A stretch of DNA of 64,000 nt from Moniliella sp. 'wahieum' (taxonomy: Eukaryota), in NCBI GenBank assembly GCA_003971905.1, contig RSEE01000029.1, positions 620,001-684,000 of the forward strand, written 5' to 3'. Position 1 is the first letter of the stretch, and every line of letters starts with the position of its first letter. Shown one piece after another: positions 26,300-38,797 of this stretch. Made by a program: the position numbers and the translations under genes. The notes below the pieces were generated by a model. It did no database searches and had not been told where the DNA came from. It was given only the letters and a program-made list of their open reading frames with translations.

Positions 26300-29200
26300 A
26301 CTTCAAAGGAGCTGTCACGCGTGAAGATGAATGAGATGATAGATATGCGATGCATGATGCATGACGGCTGGTGTGATGGGATGGATGAATACACGATGGA
26401 TGATACAATGTGAGACCCAGATCGGAGAGGAACGCGAAGGCCCTACCCAAGTGTGTGTGATGCCTCTGGAAAGTCGATGTTAAATGACATGCGACACTAT
26501 GTATGGTCCACGTTCCTCCCATCTTGTCCGCAGCTGTGGCACATGCCCCCTGTCACATGTCACACACCGTCGGTCACACATTGCCGCTCCCCGCTGCCCG
26601 ATCACTAAGTACTAACGTTTATAGTACGTTTAACGTTTAACATCAACCATTAAATATTAATCATTAATCATTGGTCACAAGCACACATGACATTTCGCGC
26701 CCCCCAATGGCACCGTCGGGGTGGGACACAGTGGGACCTGGGGCCTGGTGGGACTGGTAGGTGGGACATGGAGCAGGTGGCAGGCAAGCCGGGATTGAAT
26801 ATTGTGTAGTGGTGCATGATGCATGATGTATGACGCATACCATGCATGCATGATACATGGTTCAGTCCTCGGGTTTCGTTGCAAGGCGGGGACGGGGTGC
26901 ACCAGGTGCAGTTGGTGCAGTTGGTTAAGCGGGCCATGGCTGCGCCATACGACGCGGTGGGATATGGGTTGCGCTGCCGCCACGCATCATGTTCCGAATG
27001 CACATACCGTCCATGCAGTCAATTCTTCACATGCTTCACATCTCCGCAGCGAACCCAGTGCTTTTTGCAGCGTTTCTTTTTGTTTTGGCAAAATAGAGAG
27101 CAACTGGTGTGACTAGTGACTGTAATAGTACTTCCAAATACTGGCAGCACGGACGAGAACTACAGATACAATGTTGCGCATCTCATGTACGTAGAAGACA
27201 CCCTCGCCGCTGTTGAATAGATCATTCTTCCTTCTACGTAGTCGCTTTCATGGCCACGATGCCGGTGGAAACGGAGGATTCTTGTTTGCTGCTCCTGCGC
27301 CACCCAGCTTACCCAGCCTCGGACCCAGGGTGCTCCTTGGCGCCCCTGTATGGGTCTCACAGGCCTCGTGCCGGTACCAATCATTAAATTAATCACGAGT
27401 GACCGGTGACTCGCCTAATGGCCTACACAGCCCCTCTGCCCTGCCGTAGCAGGTTGCATCTCTGCCTTCTCATCCTATGCTCCACACCTTCACCTCTTTT
27501 TTTCGGTCGGTCGGTCGCGTTCGCGTTTAGCGTTCACGGTCACAACTTAGTGCTTGCCGGTTACCCGAGTCTAGGTGAGCCGGTGACACTAGTGGCGCGG
27601 ACATTGGCCATCGATGCCCAATTAGAAATGGAAATGTAAATGGAATCAGCAAAATAGGGAGCAGTCTTCAAGCTTCACTATAGTCACTAGTCACTAGTCA
27701 CTGTCATTAGTTACTATAGTCACTTAGTATTCAAGCTCAGTTCGTTGCGGCGCCGGTGTTTGCTTTGCTCGCGCTCCAGGCACTCTGTGAGAAACACCTA
27801 CAACAGCCAAAGGGCCAGCGACTGCGACGGAGAGAGACGTCTATGTTTTAGATGCCTTCCCGAGGGCCGACGCTCCACCCGCGCTCAGCACAGCTGCACA
27901 AACCGCACCCACACCAGCCCCACACTGCGAGCGTCGGTGACCGGTGACCAACATCCAAAGTCCAATATCCAATTCGCCCTACCCTATCTTTTGGCCGCAG
28001 GGCCCTAGATGCGTTGGCCGTTCGCCGGCCAGGTTGCGTTCGATGCATTGGGGAGGGTGTTACATGTTACTGGTTACCGGGTGCATTCGCATACTGGGCC
28101 TCAGGCAGGCCTGAGCCTCAGGCCTCAAGCTTCAAGGATCTCAAAAGCTTCAAGCCTTCCCCGGGTCACCGTCACCGGGTCACCGCGGTCAGCCGCTCAC
28201 CTCTCAGGGTCTTAAGGCTTCAAGCTTCAGGGCCCCTCATGCACCATGCATGATGAACGTATGGACAGCCGCAGCAGGCCGCAGTCCCTTGGCTTGGAGC
28301 CCTTGAGTTAAGCGCTTAAGCACAAAAGGGATTGTGCAATGCGTTGTGGTGCCTTGGCTTGGTGCGCGCACCACCCTCTCCTATTCTTGTCGTATCGATC
28401 GTATCATGCATGACGCATGACGTTCAACGGAACAGTCAGACATCTCAGATGCCACAGACTACCCCACGCTTTAGTTCTAAAACGACCAAAGCCATCCCCC
28501 TGAGCCTTAGGGCCCTCGGCCTGAGGGCGTAACCACTGCCTCCCTCAAGGGCTCGGCCTAAACGTCCTCTCAGATCTCAGATCTCAGATCTTAGATCTCA
28601 ACCTCCCAACTCACAACGTTCAACCGTTCAACGGGCAACGTCAACTGCCTCACGCCGCAACGTCTCAGAGTTGGTTTCAACTGCCTCCTGGGCAGCGATT
28701 AATAAATGGCTTCACCAGTCACTAGTCACTGAAGAGTGAGGTGGTTTGGATCTGAGATCTGAGATCGCTTATTCATGGTATGAACCTGACGCAGCGTAAT
28801 TCTCTGGGGCTTAGTCGTTCTCTTCGGAGCTCGACGCAGTAAGACGTTAAGGCTGCTTAATTTGGCTAAAGCGCGATATGGCAGGAACGTGAACGCCGAC
28901 AGGGAAAGAGCGTCCAGGATCCGATCACATGATCACTAGGCCACTTGTTCCCAGTCCCATGTCACATGTCGCAGTTACATGTCACACAATTGGATTGGGC
29001 GTCGAACGTTGAACACTATTGGTACCGAAGTTCACTTCAGCAACTGAGGTGGAAGTTGAACCTCAGCTCAGCACGGTCAGCTGTTCCATGTTCAGGCTGA
29101 GCATCCCAGCGCCCAGCTTTATTGGGTGACCAGTGACGCGTGACGCGGAGACGGAGCGGAGAGCGTCGGAGAAGTGTAACGCATGACGCATGACGCGTGA

Positions 29201-32200
29201 AATGACCTGTGATTCCCTGGACACCGATCATCGAGATCACCGATCATCGATCATCCCCTTGTACTTAAAATGGCAAAAGTAGGCTTGTAGCATGTAGAGA
29301 GAGTAATTTAGAAGCTGAACGTGTGAACGTAGCGTAATGTTCAGGTGACCGGTGACCGGTGAGCGTGGAGTGCCACAAAGGACAGGAGAAAATATCTAAC
29401 AGCCTCTTTCTCAATTGTCAACATGTCAACGTCTATGCACTGTGCCAGCTCTGATCTGCACGCTTTGGATCTGTGCTGCATGTGCCTACGGATAAGAGGC
29501 ACGCCAGGGGTACGATGTACCAAGAAAGACGATGTACCATGGTCGATGGCCGGTGGCCGCGGCGCACCTCGGCTCGGTGCTCGGCGGCCAGTTGAACGTT
29601 GAATGGAACATTGGGCCGAGCAGGCACAGGAACGGCCGGCTTCGAATGTTAAACGTTAAACATTAAGGGCGTTCCGCGCGTTACGCGTTAGGCGGCAACG
29701 CGGGTAACATTAACACCTAAGGCCTAAGGCGTTAAATAAGGGCCAGGCGCGAATAAGGGGGGCGTTGGCATTGTGAAACAAGGAAATTAATCAGCAAAAA
29801 AGTTTCGCATCATACGCATGCCCTTGAAGCTTAGCTTGAAGCTTGACCGGTGGAGTGGCTGGTTCGTGGCTGGGCCGAAAGCAAGGTCGGCAACGCATTG
29901 CTGTGCGCGGGGTGCAATACGCAATAGCAGCGGTGCGTCCCGCAGCCCCAGCCCAAATTGGCCGAGCAAGGGGCGCAAGCAGGCGCAAGCCCTTTCCGCC
30001 AAGCACCCGGTCCTGAGTGCCCTATAGGTTTCCCATGCGGCCACAACGTCGATACTCGGTTGCCCAGCTCAGTGTGGCTCTCAGCAAGCGCTGAATCTCT
30101 CATTGCCACCATTGTCGGTAACTACTGGCATATTAGCTCGCATTAATTCAACTCGAGTGCAACCCCTGCCGCGTGAAGTAATAATAGTAAAACTGCAGTA
30201 CTATAACTATTAGCTATAGTAACGCGTAACGCGTAACGTATACCCAACCAAAGGAACAGTGGCACCCCGGAGTTCCACTGAAGTACAGAAGCCACAAAGA
30301 GTCCACTGCATTGCAATGCGGTGCGTGAGCTGTGCACAGCGTGTGTGAACGCATGAGTTTTCCGTTTCGGCCACTCGTGCAGGTGACGGACCCTGGCGGA
30401 CTATAGAATGCCTACGTGGCGTACTGACTTGCGCGTAGTGCACACGACCCTGGTCGAGGCGCTGAGGCGCTGAGGGCCCTGCGGCCTGAAGCCCTGAGAC
30501 GCGCTGACGCCTGACGGGCCTGACGCCCCCTGGCGCCTCAGCCGGAGGCCTGATGGCGCTGAGGCGCTGTATGATGTAGGACGAGCAGTCTAACGGTGTG
30601 CCCGCGATGAGATCGATGAGCCGCGCACCACGAGGACTCATTATTACGGTTTAAGAGACGTAAGATCTGTAAGAGTTGCGCTAGCCAGTAGCACGCGTCG
30701 AGAATATACTCGCTCCATCAGTAATAGGGTTTGGCGGGGATAGTCGATAGCATGACACCGCCGCCACGCCGACAGGTACTGATGGCAACATGTAAAACAG
30801 AATGCCTGTCCTGGTGCCCTGGAGCTCAGCGCTCAGACTGAGCTTTGACCGGGACGGGCCTGAGGCTCAGATGCCCGGGACTCATGAGTGCATGAGCTCA
30901 GGCCGGCTCAGGAGTTCAAGCCTCGGGCTGCGTTATTTTATCGGTGCCAATTAAACCTGCACGGACCCGTCCAAAACAATAAGAGCAAAACTGATCATCG
31001 ATGCTCGTAGATAGCCGGATGACCGATGACCGGCCAAACCCGGTAACGCGGTAACGGCCGGTAACCATGAATCAAGAGCCGACAACCCGCGCTCAAGCGT
31101 GCGAACGCCCCCAAACGCCCTCAAAGGCAGAGCGTGTACCACCGCAACGTAAGGAAGAGTGTACAAGACCAGAGCAGGCAGTTCATGACGTTGATGTGCG
31201 TTGGACGTATGTTGAAATTGAATATTGAACGTTGATGCATGATGCATGATGGTACGTTGATGGTGCATTGCACATATGAGCTACGGACAGAAAATTCCTA
31301 CCCTCCAATATTGGGAGGGATGTACCAGATGGACCCGGACTTGGGCTACCCGCGCCACTGGGCCAGTGTGGCGCCACAAAGTGTACTCGGATGAGTACGA
31401 TGAGTACTGAGTCTCAGTACGGAGGTACTCAGAACTCTGAACGCAGAACATAGAACTCAGACTGAATCCTTAGTTCGATCCGAACTCAGATCCAGATCCA
31501 GACTGAGTAAGTCCTGAGTACTTAACGGAAAACTTATCTGAGTACTGAGTAGTACTGAGTTACTGAGTGTGCAACGAAGTATGCGCGTCACGCGTCACGC
31601 GACATGCCTCGGTGCCCCGGCATCCCATGTCCATATCCACATCCTTCGCGCTCCTGCTGCTCCCTGCTGCTCCAGCTCGACCAAGCTCAACAAAACCGCG
31701 CCGACCAGCAACCACGTGATAAGCCCAGTAACGATGACATGTCACATGTCACATGTCACATGTCACATGTCACTGGCGCCTCGGCCAGTAAATATGAATC
31801 TTTGATTCGATCAACATCCGTGACGCATGTGTGATTGGGACGGATCACATGTATCGCAACCTACAATTGCATGTTACACAGTGCTTATTATTTGGTGCTC
31901 TGTTTGGGTTGACGCGTTGATGCGTTGACGCGGTGACGGTGATATACATACTTGACGCCCGTTTGAGCCGCCTGTTCCCATTTCATCTTGGCACGCATGG
32001 GAAAACGCGTAACGCGTAACGCACAACTGGCCGGGAAACGTAAGTGTCACAATAGGATCGATAGTCGATTGAATATTGACCACGAATCCCCTGCTCAATA
32101 CTCCAGAACTCAGTGTCCTCAAACTCTTTTCCTTGTTCATTGTTCATTGTTCCATGTTCATCCTTCGTTCGTGATTAAAGTGTGACACGTGAAGAAGAGG

Positions 32201-35200
32201 TGAATATGAATGCGATTGCGACGGGTGACCTAGGTGGAACAGGCATGTTACGCGTTACGTACGTTCCTTTTATTCGCTTCGTTGTGATGCTGTGCTCCTT
32301 GAGGGCCTGAGATCTGAGAACCCGAGCGCCCGAGCGTCTCAGGCGTCCGCTTCAGGTGAAGCTTGAAGCTTGAAGCTTGAAACGTATCAATATCATATAT
32401 CACACATCAAGAACGTCACCCGTCACGCGCCGACGAAGTGCCGATGTGACAGTCCGCTCGGCTGCGGCTATGAGAATTCACAACGATTAATTACGTGTGT
32501 GGGGCAAGAGGGGCAAGCCAACAGCGTCTCGAATTCCGTAAGCGTCGGGCGCCCGCTGTGGGACCTTGGGCCGCCAGCTGCCCTCGGCGCCCCCCTTCTC
32601 CCCCAACGTTACGCGTGACGTCACGTGACGCGTAAAGCCTAAGCCCTGAGACGGAGGCCCGAAGCTTGCTTGAAGGGGGGGATTCGGCCTTGTTCTGCCG
32701 GGCAGCCGGCCGGGCGCTTATGCCCATTTGGGCATGTAGCGAAACTACAATGTGCACTGGGTTGTCGACAGCCTGGTGTCGCTCCAAAAAAAAGACGCCG
32801 GGCTACCCGAAGCACCGGCCAATGGCGAGGGTTGAAGAGGGGACAGTCCCATCTGGTGCGAAACGTTTTTACGCGTTACGCGTTCAAGACGTTGTTCAAG
32901 CGTGACGCGTGACGCGTGACGCGTGAAGCTTGAAGGTCTAGAAACTAGTAACTAGTAACGAGCTACTTGCTGGTATGTAGCAACTAGGAACTAGGAACTT
33001 ATAACTTGTAACGCGTAACGCGTAACGATTCATCGATATTCAAGCTTCAAGTGTTCTAAGATCTGGATCTGAATCTGAGGCCGGAGGCAGGCCCTGAGGA
33101 CTCAGGCTCAGATCTGAGTTTGGATATCAGGCAGTGGGCTTTGATATATTGATGACGGCTTGCTTGTGAGCGCATAAGCAGGTGACATTGTGGGCCCCAT
33201 GTGACATATGTGCGCTAGCGCTGAGCATGGGACATGACGCATGACGCACGTGATTGGTGATATGTGATGTGCATGGCATGTGAGCTGTGAGCTGTGAGCT
33301 GCGTGTGCGCCGAGCTCAAGCAGCCAAAATTTTGGGAGCTGAGACCACCGAGACTTGACACTAGCTTGAAGCTTCAAGTTGAAGAGCTCTTGATGTAAAG
33401 CATCAGTGCATCAGTGCCATGATGCATGAGTGCATGAGTGCCCTTCAGAGCCGGCGCTCAGTCTCAGCTTGTCCATTGCCAATATGCCAATTCGAAACTA
33501 GTAGAATTTGCCTGAGAACGTCGTGCGGGTCTGCGCTGCGTTCAGCCTGAACCCTGAACAGCGCGGCTCAGTCGCTCAGGCGCTCAACGTTGAATCGTTC
33601 AATACGTTCCATGTATTGCTGTATACTCCCGTACTCGGTAGTCAGAACGGACTCAGAACTCAGAGTACTGAATTCAGAGTACTAGAACTCAGTACTCTGA
33701 GAACTCAGATCCAGACCCAATGATGCTAAAGCCCAGTACGTTCAACGTTGAACGTTGAACGTTGAACAACAACTCCCATTCAGAGGGTTTACTACGTACT
33801 CCCCAGTGGCGCAGGCCCTGGGTACGATTGTTCCGGGTGCTCCCTGTTGTTCCTGGGCTTTGCACCCATTTGTCTAGCCGGCCCAGGCCAGCCCTATATT
33901 ATCCTCCCCGCGCCGACACGGGTAATATCACACATCACGTCTCACGATGATCAGGCCGTTGCTTCCGTCCCATACCGTCCCATACCGTCCCATGCCGTAA
34001 GCGCGAAACCCGTACCTTGGGCATTACGCGTTCGTTACGCGTTACGCACCGCCTCTTCCTGCCTTTTTCCGGCCCCAGCGTTCACCGGTCACCAGAACCC
34101 GCGGCCGTGGGCGTGCCAGGCCGTGCCACGTGACGCACCGGACGACGGAGTCGGCAGTACTAGTACTAGCGGCTAGTGGCTGAGACTGAGGTGCCGCCTG
34201 GTGCCGCCTGGTGCATCGTTTGCGATCATCGATCATGCACCATGCATCATCGAAGCATTAATCATTAATCATCGATCATCGATCATCGATCATCAATCAT
34301 CGATCATCCTTTATGTGTCACATGCCACGGTACAGCTCCCCTGCGACGGGCAGTGTGGGCGATGGTGCCGCTCTGTGCCGCGGCAGCCTATGGCATTCCC
34401 TGCGCACTCTCAGATCTCAGCCACAAGGAACGGCAGACATGCTCTACCCCGCAAAGCCACGCGCCACGTTGTTCCTGCATCGAAGTGTGTGTCGATATTC
34501 GATAGAGCGGCCCGGACGCCACCCGTGGTTGTGCCCCCCCCTAAGACAGGTCGCCGGCAAGGTGTCGAAGTGGGGACTTTTTCTGAGAGGCTCTGATGCG
34601 TGATGCGTGATCAGCTTGTTGCATATGGTGGAATCGAGCGTCTAAGGCCGTAGGCCCATAGAATGTTTTGAGTCTGAACCATTAATCAGGTCCAATGAGT
34701 ACTCAGACTGAGTGAGCAGTGATGTAGTGACGCGAGTGTGGCGTGGGGACATTTTCTGGTTTGGCGTAGTAGCGTGGAAGAGTGGAGCGCGTGGGCGTTG
34801 CAGGCCTATCTGGCTTGTGGTGCAAAGGGGGCGGGATACCGAGCTCGGAACCCCCGGGAGCGTGCCCACAAAAACCCGCAGTCATCATGCTCAAGCTTAC
34901 TTCTAATTGATTAATGCTTGACTTCAATCGAAAGTGACGGTATACTGACTCAGACTAGAGAAAGAGCTTCAAGCTTCAAGCTTCACGCGTCACGTTTCAA
35001 GTGTGCGCCACCGCGCCCATGCTTGCCGAGATTGGACCAGCTGCACCAAAAAACCAAACAAAAGAGAACAGGCAGAAGGTCTGAGGATGACTTCTGGTAA
35101 CCGGTGACCGGTGACCGGTGATCAATGAGCACTTCGATCATTTCTACTTCGTACGTAGTACAGGCACTGGGCGTTAGGCTGTCATGCGCATGTGTGTCAC

Positions 35201-36750
35201 TTCTGCCACAGAAGCAACTCTGCTCGCCAGGAGACAGAAGGTCTGGCAGCTTGACCAGTGCCAACAAGCCCCCGTGGCGTTGTTCAACGTTCAGGCCTGA
35301 GCGCCTGAGCGCCTGAGCTGAGGGGTGACACCGCACAGGTCACCGCCATCAACGTTCAACGTTCAACGTTCAACTTGAACGCCCAAGATGAGGCCGATGA
35401 AGCCGAGGTGCGGCAGGCCAGGCCTTTAACAAGCCTATGGCCTTAAAATTTAAAAGCCTCACATGTCACAGCCTCTGAGCATCGAAGTAAGTGCCCTATT
35501 TTAAGCACTCTGTGGAAGCGGCAAGCGGCATACCAGGCCCAGTACGCCCCTCTGTGATGCCGGTGATATATGATACGGGTCCGGGTAATTATTAAATGCC
35601 GCGCTGAAATGCAAATGATTAATCGATGATGAATAATGTACTCGAAAGACTCCCGAGACTGGGTTCTGACATCTGACAGATCTGACCCTAATATCGACTA
35701 CCTATGTCAAGCTTCCCTCGAATCGATCGGTACAACGACGACTGGGGGGCGGCTGGATCAGCTGACGGCGGGCGGGAGGCTTTCGGCTTTCCCCGGTTAT
35801 CGAGTTATCGGTTAACCCGTTCAACGTTCGACAGGCTGTTGTCTCCGTCCACAGCCTCCCCGGCATCAACACCGGGAGGCATCTTGCATCATGTGCATCA
35901 TGCATTATGCATTACCGCCATTTATTATTCTGTCTTTTTCCCCATCGACCTCATCGGCCTCAGGGCCTCATCAATCATCTCGTCATCGATCATCGCTCAT
36001 CTCAGCCTCAGGCGTCATCAGCTTCTTTCGACTCGATGGCACCTCGGCGGTATCTCAAGGGTCCTGTGGTCATTTCGCGTTTTGTTGCCTCCAACGGTTC
36101 CGGCTTGTGCTTCTCGTCCTGTCTGACTTCTGAGGCCCTCAATCGAATGTGCGAGCTCTGTAACGGAGTACTGAGTACTGAGTGGCTGAGAGCGGCTCAA
36201 GTGGCTTAAAACTTGAGACTCTTCTTTGTTACAAGCCAACGACCAAGAACTAACTGTCCGATGCCCCACCACTGAATTTGAAGCGAAGGATGTCAGCCTC
36301 TTTTTTGCTTCGGGTTCCACATTCAGTTGCTCCGCCTCTTAAATTGTGGGAGGACCATCGTTCTTTTCTTCACAGGTTGTCAGTACTGTCCGTACTGAGA
36401 CTCCGTTGGATATACTCAGTTGCTGAGTGTAATACTACTCATAGACACTCCTACAGGTGCTCACACCGTTGATCAGGAATGTCATACTTTTGCCATTCAT
36501 TTACTCAAGCCGCGAACTCACAACACATTGTGCCTCTTTTTGAATAGTACTCCGTTCCACGTTGACTCTGCGGGTGCGGGCCTGGACTCTGCCCGTGACA
36601 CGTTTAACCGCGTCTCGTGAAATAGTCAGGGTGCTTTGGCCTCGCCTCAGGCCTCAGGCCTCGGGCCTCACAGCCTCACCTGTGGCCGCCCAAATGTCAC
36701 AGCTGTGAGGGTCAGCCTGTGAGCCACAGAGCTCAGCCTGAGCGGCTCAC
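26300..36750. repeat. Gene-free region densely populated with T-N-A + 4-bp-palindrome heptamer arrays
   Basis: Examples: (AGATCTC)n 28569-28600, (ACCGGTG)n 29344-29362, (ACGCGTA)n 30219-30239, (ACATGTC)5 31737-31771, (AAGCTTG)3 32357-32381, (AACGTTG)n 33738-33767, (ATCGATC)n 34257-34307, (AGGCCTC)n 36645-36670. Confidence 0.92.
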
Positions 36751-38797
36751 TAGTTTCGACATTTTCTCTGTTGACATTCATCACATCAAAAATGCCCATC
36801 TGGAAAAGGGTGTTGCGAGCTTTGGTTGCGGCATCCAATAATGTGTGTGCTCGCCATTGATTCTTTCCATCGGCTTTCACACAAGGTTACGATCCTGAGG
36901 CCACGAGGGTGTCCCATCAAATGTGTCCCTCTCCGTCCACACAACCCGCCAAAATGTTGAGTAACAGGGTTCCACACCACGGGGAAGGAGAAACGTCAAC
37001 GTCTGTATAACACACACACACCCTGAGCAGTCTGCATGCAAAAACTGTCTCTCTTTTATCAAGTTTTGGAAACGTATAGAGACAGCCATACCACGGAGAC
37101 ACAGGGACAAGGCTCTCGTTGTCATCAGTGTGGGCGGACGTCGGCCCGGGGCCCGACCTACAGTTTAGAGGTGCTTTCCCTTGGAGAAGGGCTGGCCACA
37201 CTCAGTATGTAATCAGTACTCAGTACTCACGGTGGACCAAGCCTTCTGAACCCTGAACCTTGAGCAACACTTTTAGCGGATCTGAACTCTGAATGGGGCT
37301 AGAGAAGACGAGGCAAGAGGACTATTAATTGGGGCGTCGGCTCGCGTGATAAACGTGTGTAATATGTGCCAGAACGAGCAAGACTAGCGGGCCTGTAGTC
37401 CGTGGGCCTAAAGGGTTGGCCAGAAGGTTGACGCAGGCAAAGCGCAGGGGATGAGGTAGGTAATGCGCACGGTCGAACAACTCGATACTCTTGTAGAATA
37501 GCCCCGGGGGGATCCATACAGAGTTGACTGATTGTTGGAGATCGACGGCAAAATTGAAGCCCGGTCGAAAGGATACTGGAAAGCCAAGATATTGGCTGGA
37601 AGCTGGATGGAGGGACCGGTGGTGAACCATGAGAAACGCGAAAGTTGCCTCGTGGATCAAGAATGGATCGGCAAAAGGATGTTGATACAAAATGACCCGC
37701 TAAGGGAAATGGAACATGGATCAAACTGATGGAAGTCGATCAAGGGTCATACAAACACAGAATCCATAACGAATAGACAACATAACGAAGAACGTGGTGG
37801 GTCTCATGATCATGATCTTGGCTCTCAGAAAGGAGCACAGACCAAGTAAGGAAAAGTTACCACACTCAGCCACAGGAACGGAGAAAGTCAAAACCAGCAA
37901 AAGGCCTAAAGTAAGCTAAGGGCAGGTTCTCTGCCCTCATCCACAGGAGCGAGAAAAGCATGAGAGAAGAGTCTCGCAGCGAATACACACACACACACAC
38001 CGGGAAACTATAACGCCCAGATGCGGGTGTTGTTTTTTTCTCACATGGATGGATAAAAACAAGTGTCCAATGAAGGCAAACTCTGCTTCTTATCCTTGCA
38101 CCGCCTCTCGACTGCAAAAGCAAAACAAAATCGAAGCCATGGGAAGCGGTCTACTGACTCAAACGTGATAAGGAAGGTCGGTTTCGGTGTGAAGAAACGT
38201 GTCATTTTAGTGCATATAACACACTGAGAAGGAAGACTAAGGTGCCTCTTTTCTACTGCTCTCTGAAAGGCCCACATCCCTGCCCCGCTTTATTGACAGA
38301 TCTGGACCAAAGTGGAACAGCAGAGGCAAAGAATGTGCACTATACTATTTATTAGGTTACTCTCTGCAACTATTTTACTAGTACCCCTTGCCAGCATCGT
38401 CGTCTCTTCTGCCCTTGTTCCGGTTCCTCATTCCTTCGTTATCCTTGCTGTGGGTCCAGCCCTATTCGGTTGGGCCCATACATCCATGGGCAGCACCTGT
38501 CACAGTGACAACTGTCACTGATATGAGAGATGCGTTTTTGAGCCAATGTCTCCTGGTTAGGGCTGACCTACTATCATCAATGAGTCCGCACTACTTATAC
38601 ACTTATACATGGGAAGAACCTACGTGTCCGTGAGTGGCATCCGACGTTCTGATGCTATGCAAAAAAGGGAAGACGGTCACGAGGGAAGGCTGGCACATGC
38701 ATGGCGGATGGATGCAGGGATGGGGGGTACAGGAGACAAGAGAGGCGATAGGCATTGAGGGTAGGCTTGGCGATAGGTTGTGGGCCTAGGTAGAGAG

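Noticed and set aside
26300..36750. Runs of HindIII, SpeI, MluI, AgeI, BglII and ClaI-like sites suggesting polylinker or vector contamination
   Set aside because: The sites are tandemly repeated at 7-bp period, are degenerate, and are dispersed through native introns and intergenic DNA across the window. No vector backbone is visible.
26300..36750. CRISPR-like array
   Set aside because: No constant repeat of about 25-40 bp with unique spacers, no cas genes, and the context is eukaryotic.
26058..38797. Centromere
   Set aside because: Gene-free, but without the retroelement accumulation or strong AT enrichment expected. It cannot be supported from sequence alone.
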